This document shows positions 25,022 to 33,423 of a stretch of DNA of 33,423 nucleotides, piece by piece. The stretch comes from Toensbergia leucococca (Eukaryota). Position 1 is the first letter of the stretch. Each line of letters opens with the position of its first letter. The notes beneath the pieces were generated by a model, which saw only the letters and a list, made by a program, of their open reading frames with translations, was not told where the DNA came from and did not search any database. The translations under genes were made by a program, and so were the position numbers. The stretch lies in assembly GCA_022813965.1 (NCBI GenBank), contig JALDZS010000002.1, positions 434,001-467,423 of the forward strand, read 5' to 3'.

Positions 25022-25450
25022 ATGTCCGACCGTGATCAGTCTCCAGGCGCAGGAGGAAATCCAGAAGATCAACCTAAATCAGAGCACCTGAACATCAAAG
25101 TCACAGACAACAACAATGAGGTTTTCTTCAAGATTAAGCGAACGACCGCGCTTTCAAAACTTATGAATGCATTCTGCGACCGTCAAGGGAAGACCCTGGC
25201 TTCGGTGCGCTTCCTGTTCGATGGTGCTCGTGTCAACCCGACGGACAGTCCAGATTCGGTATGTTTCCTATGGTGATGAGATGTAAAGCATTTTGAGTCT
25301 ATTACCTCAAGTGTTCAAGGAGGTTTCATTATAAATCACTGGCAACATGCCGAAATTGTGAGCAAGGCTGATATTTTCATTTTCCTATAGCTTGAGATGG
25401 CCGATGGAGATACTCTGGAAGTCCATCAGGAGCAAATTGGAGGTAATTGA
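25022..25450 (+). CDS. smt3: SUMO precursor; exons 25022-25258 and 25391-25450
   Basis: EHLNIKVTDNNNEVFFKIKRTTALSKLMNAFC..RFLFDGARV..PDS/LEMADGDTLEVHQEQIGG-N*: a di-Gly followed by a one-residue tail. Confidence 0.97.
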
Positions 25451-25977
25451 AGATATCGCTAGCTCGGGACTGTAGTAGGCGGAGACTGCGTGGAGGAAGC
25501 ATTTCATCCTCTCAGGCTACACAGTCTTCGTACGGAGTGGAAAGGGGCTCTTTATACGATTGCATGTCTGTGAAATGGCAATGGAGAAAAATACCATACC
25601 TCGGCAGCTGGCGCTCAAGGCGCAGACAAGGTATTAAGCAGCGGCATTGTGGATAATTCACTCTCAACTACCTAGTCCTCATGCTTTGCCGCTCGGACGT
25701 ATTAAGATTTCATGCAAAAGGCTTACTTGATAAGGCATACTACATTCACGATGATTGTATTGACAGTCACGGTGTGCATTCCTTGCGATGGGCCACCGAA
25801 TTATATACATCATTACAACTATGATAAAATCATGCTACCTAATTGACACAGAATATATAGTTGTGTCCCTGTGGAACAATAGCATGGAGACACAGAAAGC
25901 CAACCGTGGCCAGCGCCCGAACAAAGCCTCTCCAATAATTACAGCTGCACTTTCTCTTCTTATGTAGATCCAAAAGC

Positions 25978-26484
25978 TTAACCTTCCCAAATATCTGCCT
26001 TTGCCCTTGCCGCGGCCTCTTCGTCCCTCCTATTCGCTTCCTTCTCCTTCTCCCTTCTTTTGAGCTCTTTCTCCTTGGTTGCCCTGTCATATGCTCTTTG
26101 TTCTTCTGTCCTCTTTGGTGGCCTTACTCCAATTGCACCAGCAATCAGCCTCTCTGCAACGGCAGTCTGCTTTTCTGGCCGAGAAGTTGCCGATCGTATG
26201 GGACTTATGGTCCCATCACTGCTTCTGCCAGGGCTGTATGGGTCCTCATAGGAGCTCCACGTGCCTCGAGAAGAGGATACTGGAGAGATAGGAGTCGGGG
26301 GTGGAGCAGTAGGTATGGAGAAGGATGGGAAACGAGAGGGAGATTCGGTTTCGTCGTCGGAGGCTCCCTCCTCCCAGGAATCAGCAACAGGTTCGGCTGT
26401 CTGCTGAAGGCGAGCTCCCTTGGGTTGACGGGAGGTTTCTGAGAGGGACAGATTTTTTAAAGAAGCTCCCAGATCTGCTGACTT
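25978..26484 (-). CDS. Conserved small protein with a VADSWEE motif, a Pro/Ser linker and an R3HCC1-like C-terminal coiled coil; start unresolved (possibly spliced from ATG 26551)
   Basis: An open frame with no Met, absent from the ORF track: SADLGASLKNLSLS..VADSWEEGASDDE..APPPTP..RPEKQTAVAERLIAGAIGVRPPKRTEEQRAYDRATKEKELKRREKEKE..AKADIWEG*. Confidence 0.75.
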   Translation of the reverse strand, partial: KSADLGASLKNLSLSETSRQPKGARLQQTAEPVADSWEEGASDDETESPSRFPSFSIPTAPPPTPISPVSSSRGTWSSYEDPYSPGRSSDGTISPIRSATSRPEKQTAVAERLIAGAIGVRPPKRTEEQRAYDRATKEKELKRREKEKEANRRDEEAAARAKADIWEG

Positions 26485-27312
26485 GGTTACTTTGAGGTTA
26501 CGATAAATATCGACGTGATTTACTTTGACGTCTACGCTCCGCGGTCATCATTTCGAGCTTTAGTAATGAATACTCGGCGTATGAAGTACCCAGCAATTAT
26601 GTACAGAGACGTGGAATAAGGGATCTGAACGTAGGTAGTGATGTTCCAAGACTTTTAGGCTTGGTTTGAAGAGATGCCCCGCATAAAGCGGTGGTGGCGG
26701 TACCCTAAGTAGAGTACCTGCCGTGCTGCCGTACCATAGAACTACCTTACTTTACGGAGTACTGGAAGGAGTAAGTAAGGTATCCGTAGGTAAGATACCT
26801 TTTAAAATACGGAGTAGGGGTGGGTAATTTAGACAGCTAGATCCTAACCAATCGTTGCTAGGGACGATTGTACCTCGCTAAAGTAAACAGCGGAACGAGG
26901 AAGCCCTAGAATATTACCATCATCATCGCCACATGAATCAGTATTGGCAAAGCCTGACTTGACTTACCTTCAAGCTGATCTTCGTCGACCTTCAACCTCC
27001 CTAATCGTTCAAGCTACTGGAACAATTAGCCCGTTGGTTCTCAGTGGTTGAGAATCCCGAAAAGCGGTGGCTGGCCGAGGGGAGGTTGGGGGGGTCATTT
27101 CCAACGCATCTTGAGCTGTACATTTCTGACCCTCTGCGCATACATCCATTGTCCCTACATTACGTTTCTTTCATTCGTTACCTGCTTTTGGCCGTCGCGC
27201 ATTCCAGAAATACTCAAATCGTGGCCGGCGTGGATTAAGGTATTGAGGAACTGGCAATGATTGAATAGTAACGACTACATTCCTCTACTTACTGTCAATC
27301 GCATTCCTCAAG

Positions 27313-28583
27313 ATGCTCTTCTCGCTAGCACCACCGACACTCTTTTCCTTACTCGCGGTCGTCCTCTCCTCACTTCACACCACCGACGCAAAGCCCTATC
27401 CTCGCGACGAGTTGGTCATCGGTCTCCAGAATAGCACACTCGTACAGAGACAGTGCGCTCAGCCTTGCGGATGGGAGCAACAACTCTGTTGTACATCAGA
27501 TCAATCATGCTACACCGACTCAGCAGGGCAGGCGGAATGTGGGAGCGCTACCGTTGCACAAGCTATATCTACAGCAACAGCAACGGCTGAGGCCAATATT
27601 GTCGGCGGCGAATGGCAATATTACACAACTACGTTTGTCCAGACCGACCTTGTCACAGTCGTGTCGACATACAGCTCTTATATTGCACCCACGACGACCC
27701 AGCAAGTAACTACTATAACCACCGAAGAAGCACCAGCGACAACCAGTGCCACCTGTGACTACTCACTCAACGAAAGCCCTTGTGGTACCATATGTTGTGC
27801 TGCAGGACAAATGTGCCAATACCAAGGACAATGCGTGGTAGTGGGTGCGAGTACCAGTGATATTAGCAGCTATTATTACTCCTCTGTATTTACCTCCAGC
27901 GCCTCTGCCTCCGCATTCATACGACCTACCAGCAACACTGTTCAAACAGTAACCTCCACTGGCTCAGCAACAACGACGGTACCTTTTCAGACACCCGTCG
28001 GCACAAGCGGCAGCACAATGGGTGTGTCAGCATCGACCAGCAGTGGAGGACTAAGTGCAGGTGCCATAGCAGGCATTGTTATTGGAGTCATTGCAGGGAT
28101 CATCCTTCTGCTTCTTCTTTGCTTCTGCTGTTGCTCCGCGGCCTTGATTGATGCCTTCATGTCATTATTCGGACTTGGTAAGAGGCGGAGAACCATACGA
28201 GAAGAGACCATCATACGGGAGCGGCACTCACACCAAGGAGGAGGAGGCGGCGGCGATGCGGGTGGAGGCGGAGGTCGTACCTGGTTTGGAACCAGACCGG
28301 CTGGAGTTGACAGACCTCCTCCGAAGAAAAGCGGAGGTCTAGGTGGATTCACTACTGTCGCTGCGGGCTTAACTGCTTTAGCGCTCCTATTAGGATTGAA
28401 GAGGAGGAGAGATCGAGCCAAGGAGAGAAGCAGTTACGGAAGTGAAAGCAGCTACTCGTACAGCGATTACACCAGTGCAAGTAAGTAATATCTCGATTTT
28501 CGCAGGAACGTCCAGGTGCTAATAAGTATGCAGGTAGCGAGTCGTCAGATCGAAGGCGAGATGACAGGAGATCAAGGCGATAG
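27313..28583 (+). CDS. Type I membrane protein with Cys-rich modules, a Ser/Thr stalk and a TM helix (Mid2/Wsc-like architecture); exons 27313-28480 and 28534-28583
   Basis: Signal peptide; Cys clusters CAQPCG..CC..C..C and C..PCGTICC..C..C; LSAGAIAGIVIGVIAGIILLLLLCFCCC. Intron 28481-28533 (GTAAGT..GCTAAT..CAG). Confidence 0.8.
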
Positions 28584-29046
28584 AATATAACCGTTGTTGA
28601 TTACGTGCTGAGCGCAACATTGTCTGGACTTGCATAGCGGGTGTCACATTCTGCACCATGGCGTTTATATGAAATCTTGGCCGAATCAGGCAGAAGCGGC
28701 CACCAATGTTAAGCCGAATAAGAGACGAGCCATAAGAGGGTCAAACTGGACAGAGACACCCGTGGTTAGAATTAATTAGGTACATAGTATAAGAACCAAT
28801 AAGGTCTCTAGTACAAATAAAAGTAGCTATCAACTCAAACTGCTATGAAGAGCTTCGAGTGTGGAGCGTTCTCACTAACGATATATCCTGATGACTAAGC
28901 ATGCCAAGAACAATGGAAACGTCCCTCCATCTGCTCGCCCAATTTACCTCTGCTCAACGAGCTCGCATCTCCACCTCCACAACTCACCGTCTCCACCTCC
29001 CCTAGACAACAACCTTCAATTTACTGCCAATCTCATACCTCACTCA

Positions 29047-29530
29047 ATGCCGCCCATCCGTCCCCAAACCCTACCTGGCTCCCTCCTTCACCGCCTCTCC
29101 ACCCTTCACCGCCTCTCCACCCCTCACCGTGCCTTCTCCCTATCACGGCCATACCTCGCGGGGCCCGCCGCCGACGCCCACCACGAGGATCACTACGACC
29201 CGCCTTCCGGCTGGCTGTGGGGTATCCCGCCGGGGGAAAAGTACAAGAAGGAGGGGTGGGAGAATGTGTGGATCTATGGTTTTTTTGGGAGCTTGTTGAT
29301 GGGGGTTGTGGCGTATGCTTTCAAGCCGGATACTTCGTGAGTCTAATTCTATTTTGATTTCTCGGGTGTAGATTTTGTGGTTTGTGAGGGGCGGAGATTG
29401 AGATCTGTGGGATTGAATTGAGGCTGATGTCGGATCGGGCGGTAGAATACAGACTTGGGCGCTCGAGGAGGCGCGGAGGAGGTTGGAGGCTGAGGGGATC
29501 TTGCCAGATCCGGATGTGGAGAAAAAGTAG
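29047..29530 (+). CDS. NADH:ubiquinone oxidoreductase ESSS subunit (NDUFB11-like); exons 29047-29336 and 29446-29530
   Basis: Arg/Ser presequence ending HRAFS; HHEDHYDPPSGWLWGIPPGEKYKKEGWE; a TM segment; AFKPDTS/IQTWALEEARRRLEAEG. Confidence 0.92.
29086..29129 (+). repeat. 18-nt tandem repeat (CTTCACCGCCTCTCCACC, about 2.4 copies) in the ESSS presequence
   Basis: Two exact copies at 29086-29103 and 29104-29121 plus a partial third, encoding LHRLST-LHRLST-PHR. Confidence 0.9.
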
Positions 29531-29967
29531 GGTTGCAAGGCTGGGAATGCATTGTTTTGGAAGGGGTGGAGTGAGAAGAGTAGGAGAGTGTCGAGGCTTT
29601 GCACGACTTTGCCAGACTTTCCATAGTCCTCCTTGTTGGTGTGGGGTGAGTGAAAGTTCTTGCATAGACGAGAAGTGCTATGTCCTTTACGGGTCATTTT
29701 AGTCTCCTAGGCGCAGTCATCGATTCTGAGGGACAGATCCTATGTGTAGAGGCATACACTGGAGTTTCGGGGTTTGCTCGAGCTGTGCATGATTTCATCC
29801 ATTTCAGTCTATAGAAGAATTCTATATATCATCAAGATACAGCACAACCCATGAGATCGATACTAATCCGCATCTAATTTGATAGATTGCGGTGTCTGTT
29901 TCATCCTAGAGCATGGTGCTGAAATGCACGTTATATAGCGTCGCTTCTTGGTTATTTTCCATAATTA

Positions 29968-31284
29968 TCATTCGGCGTTACTGAATGGAAACGGACATCC
30001 GCCGGTTCTCGACTCTTTCAGCATCTGTACAGTCTCTCGCGCCGCGTCAGCACCCTTCCCAAACATGAAATCAGGCCCAACCTCCTCGAATCGATACCCT
30101 TTCGGAAAGTACTTCTCGCCCTCGTCGCCAGGCAATGGGAGGCCCATTGACCAGCTTACCCATGCTGCCGGGCCCCAGCGATTCCATTTCGTCGGCTGAA
30201 CGTAATATGGTGCCGAATCGTATTTCTGTACAAAATACCGTCCTTCCTTAGATGGCTTCTCGGTGACATTCTGGACGCGCATGAAGTACGGACGAGGTAG
30301 GGCAAGGTAGCGAAGGAAGATTTTGCGGAGAGTGAAAACGAATTCGACAAGGTCGAAATAAATCTGCGGGGGTTTGTCGTATATCATGGCCTTCCTCAAT
30401 TTGTCGTCCATTAACGCACAGACGATATGCTTTCCATGCTGCTTCAGCGCGTTTGGTACCCCCCACAGTAGGATTTTCGTCGTTTGATCAGCTGTGGTTT
30501 TGTTCGACTCGTTCGGTACCATATACATATCTTCATACTTCTCTCCCCATTCCACTACTTCCTCTAACCATTGCAATCCATCCTTCCATCCCTTATCCGC
30601 AGATGGCAGCTTCCCGTAGCTGATTCCCATTGCATCTCCTATGGATTTCCAATAAGTGCCAATGGCGCACTTCTCTACCGACTCTAATTTCCGCCATTCG
30701 TACCTCTCAATCCACTTCACCGGCTCTCCTGCAAACAATGATAAAGTATATAGCATATCCTCGTTCGTTATTTTCCCTGCTCGCTGGTAAACACCATGAA
30801 TGTAGTTCATCCTGGAAATTGCCTCCAGCGTCCTCTCGCTTGCAGGCGCATTGCCCACAAATTCCGAAGTCAATACAACCGTATCAGCGAATCGCTTGCA
30901 AGCCGTCTCGACACTAGAGAATTGAGAGGTGTACACAAGCAATTTAGAGATGGAGGGGATGCCGTAAGTGCGGAAGAGGGCGAACTGCAGAGCTTTTTCA
31001 AACGTAAAGGGAAATTCGAGCTCTGCAATAGATGACTGAATAAGAAAGGCATCGGTATCAGTCATGCGGCCAAAAGAGGAACGAGTGGAATAGGGAAATT
31101 TGCGGAGGGTGGAGCGAAGGCGCTGATAGCGGAGAAGGGAGGTGAGAAGAGGATAGGCTAGGAGGATCAAGAACAGAGAAGAGTGGCTCCATGGTTTGAA
31201 GAAGAAAATGCTTGAAGCAAACATGTACTTGAAAGATTGATCATGCGAGCTTGAGATTGTGACATTTGAAGTACTCATATCCAT
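29968..31284 (-). CDS. ER-bound oxygenase of the MpaB/Lcp-like (DUF2236) family, intronless
   Basis: N-terminal membrane anchor, then ELEFPF..ALQFALFRTYGIPSISKLL, KRFADT, RMNYIH, ITNEDMLYTLSLF, YEWRKL, GDAMGI. The start Met is uncertain (31284, 31278 or 31224). Confidence 0.85.
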   Translation of the reverse strand: MDMSTSNVTISSSHDQSFKYMFASSIFFFKPWSHSSLFLILLAYPLLTSLLRYQRLRSTLRKFPYSTRSSFGRMTDTDAFLIQSSIAELEFPFTFEKALQFALFRTYGIPSISKLLVYTSQFSSVETACKRFADTVVLTSEFVGNAPASERTLEAISRMNYIHGVYQRAGKITNEDMLYTLSLFAGEPVKWIERYEWRKLESVEKCAIGTYWKSIGDAMGISYGKLPSADKGWKDGLQWLEEVVEWGEKYEDMYMVPNESNKTTADQTTKILLWGVPNALKQHGKHIVCALMDDKLRKAMIYDKPPQIYFDLVEFVFTLRKIFLRYLALPRPYFMRVQNVTEKPSKEGRYFVQKYDSAPYYVQPTKWNRWGPAAWVSWSMGLPLPGDEGEKYFPKGYRFEEVGPDFMFGKGADAARETVQMLKESRTGGCPFPFSNAE

Positions 31285-31732
31285 AGCTTTCAGACGTACG
31301 GATACAAAGATTTGTTTCCAATGCGAAAGTCATCTTCGCCAGGTGATTTCCCCCGCATTTATGCTCAAAGCGCATGCGAGTAGGATTTCCTCCACTCCTT
31401 CGTCCTTGTCTAACAGGTCGCCTAAATGCCTTGGTCGCACAGTAAATATTCTATGCGCAGCAATCGTAGGCGTGAGAAGTCATGGGGGTTCCCGGGGGGT
31501 TATTTGTATTTTAATTTATTTCATCATTTCTGCATGCAGCTTTGAGGCTATGACAACTAAGATACCTTACAAGCAAAAGGTGAGGATGAAACACAGTAGG
31601 TATCTGAGTTAGTTTTAGTTAGGTTTTCATGTGAACTCATTTCTTAGATTAACAATCTGCACAGTCTCATTCTAAGTAGAAATTATATTCAGTATAATAG
31701 TAGAAGGGATAGTGATAGATAAACTCATGATG

Positions 31733-31762
31733 TGAATGAATGAATGAACGAATGAATGAATG
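31733..31762. repeat. (TGAA)n microsatellite
   Basis: Seven units, one of them CGAA, followed by two GGTGAATGTGA copies in an AT-rich intergenic stretch. Confidence 0.9.
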
Positions 31763-31915
31763 GAGGTGAATGTGACAGGGGTGAATGTGATCTTTGCACA
31801 GTCAGTATGACCTCAACATTGCCTATTCAGGTCATTATACTACCTTACTAATGATAATAGGATAATGGGGTGAACTTAGGTAGCTAAATGTCGACTTTTT
31901 AGGTGCAACTCACCC

Positions 31916-31927
31916 GGGGGGGGGGGG
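31916..31927. repeat. G12 homopolymer
   Basis: Seen directly, about 140 nt upstream of the JmjC ATG. Confidence 0.9.
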
Positions 31928-32069
31928 AATGGCGCCAAGGAATCCACAGCGTTATGAATATGCTAAATCTTTGAGGGACCTTGAATTTTTATAGAAGAGT
32001 GTCAGGATCCAAGCCTTCAGAAAAATGAAACGTTAAAAGTCCTCACGTTTAAGAGACTCAAGATATTCC

Positions 32070-33033
32070 ATGCTAAGGCGAGGAGTCCGAGGGCCAGTTC
32101 ATATATGTACACGCCGCTACGTTACATCGCCGAAATGGGGTACAATCGAGATTTTGACCAAAGGGACCGTCGAAGTGTTCCGCAACGAGGCTTTCAATGC
32201 TCTGAACCCAAGAAGACTGCCACTTGGTCATTTCCTCGAACTCCCTGCAGTGCGGAAATGGTTTCTCCAATCCGAGACCGGTAACGGTGCACCGTCTCTC
32301 AATCATGCCTACTTGAGTAGATATGGCGACACCATCGTGCCCTTGGAATTTACGAGTCTACTTTCATCCCACTTGTCTCAAATGGAGTCTTCCGACTCGG
32401 CCGAATCTGTATTCCAGCGTGCAGAAGCCCCGCTTCGATCTTTTCTAGACTGGGCCCAAAATATGACAGCAGACGCAAATAGTCGATTCTATCTTGCTCA
32501 AGCATCGCTTTCTACATTTCCCTTGGAACTAAAAAATGATCTGCCTACCCCGGATATTGTCTCCCAAGCAGGAAAAGGAGATATCTACGACACGAATCTA
32601 TGGATCGGCGTTCCCCCGACCTACACCCCGCTACACCGTGACCCAAACCCGAATCTATTCGTTCAGCTCGCAGGTAGCAAAATCGTAAGGCTCGTGGAAC
32701 CGGAGGCGGGCCAGCGTCTTTTTGCTCGTGTGCAGGAATCTCTTGGGAGGTCAGACTCTGGCAGGTTTAGGGGAGATGAGATGATGCAAGGGGAGGAGAA
32801 AAGGTTACTTGAGGCTTATGTTTGGGAAGATGGGTTTCGGTCTGATGAAGAGGTCTTGGCTGGGTATGAGGTCAAAGTTAGCAAGGGAGATGGATTATTT
32901 ATTCCCAAGGGCTGGTGGCACAGTATTAAGGGGGTGGGAATTGGTATTACTGGATCGGTGAGTTTGGAATGGAGAACTCTACTTTTTACTGAATTGCTGA
33001 CGTGCTCCGCAGGTGAATTGGTGGTTTCGTTGA
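32070..33033 (+). CDS. JmjC/cupin_8 2-oxoglutarate Fe(II) oxygenase; exons 32070-32957 and 33013-33033
   Basis: FYLAQ, NLWIG..TYTPLHRD (HxD), NLFVQLAGSK, GDGLFIPKGWWHSI. Intron 32958-33012 gives the ending ITGS/VNWWFR*. Confidence 0.9.
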
Positions 33034-33219
33034 ACGAGGTGATGAGTAAAGCTGCAAGGAAGCCTGGTAGTGAGAGCATATGTTCATGAAATTACTGTCA
33101 TTGTTGTTGAAACTCCGGCGTGGACTAGCAAAGATGATTTGACAGGATATACTAATATGGTAGCCTTAGAACAGGGTTTGAAGGTGCTAAAGTATTTGTT
33201 TGGGCTGAAACATATGATA

Positions 33220-33243
33220 GATGATGATGATGATGATGATGAT
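33220..33243. repeat. (GAT)8 microsatellite
   Basis: Perfect trinucleotide run downstream of the JmjC gene. Confidence 0.9.
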
Positions 33244-33423
33244 GAAATCATATTATTGTCCCAGCGACTGTAGGTCGCTATGCAGACTCAACTATCTACG
33301 AGGTCAATTTTTAAAGTATTGCAAATGGCCAACGTAGGAACTGCGGCTTGGCATAGAACAGGTCAGTTATCGTGATTTTCACCTATTCTACAAGTATGAA
33401 CATCAATTCAACCGTGGAAGTTA

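Noticed and set aside
28891..29046. In-frame upstream ATG extending ESSS by 52 aa
   Set aside because: It would mask the presequence and covers a pyrimidine-rich promoter-like tract, so it probably lies upstream of the TSS.
31500..31860. AT-rich, CpG-poor stretch as a RIP-degraded transposon
   Set aside because: CpA and TpG remain common, and I saw no terminal repeats, target-site duplication or transposase remnant.
33070..33273. 67-aa ORF with poly-Asp
   Set aside because: It starts with GTG and the Asp run is just the (GAT)8 microsatellite.
1..33423. CRISPR arrays, tRNA or rRNA genes, stwintrons, readthrough-derived PTS1 signals
   Set aside because: No repeat-spacer pattern or structural RNA was recognised. 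The longer introns show no nested splice sites, and the only TGA-CTA stop gives no SKL-like end.

Overview
Gene-dense, intron-containing DNA from a filamentous ascomycete (Pezizomycotina; GT-AG introns mostly 48-82 nt with CTRAY branch sites). I reconstructed 16 genes by hand: Kin1 kinase (5' part), a GPATCH1-like protein, Whi2, Pex20, Sec13, an F-box protein, a GPI-anchored AA12-type PQQ dehydrogenase, a Pmc1-type Ca2+-ATPase, Nup84, Cmc4, SUMO, a small Met-less conserved protein, a Cys-rich/Ser-Thr-rich membrane protein, the complex I ESSS subunit, an MpaB/Lcp-like oxygenase and a JmjC protein. I found no rRNA, tRNA, CRISPR array or intact transposon. The best signal is in whi2: a 140-codon in-frame extension opening at a UUG in an excellent start context, with no AUG in any frame for 538 nt, encoding a PPxY motif. 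This suggests a non-AUG-initiated long isoform. Also notable are a Met-less gene beside SUMO, missed by the ORF track, that resembles the R3HCC1/R3HCC1L C-terminus; alternative Pex20 C-termini; frequent AAG splice acceptors; and recurring intergenic motifs. All homology calls are from recalled motifs, not from searches.
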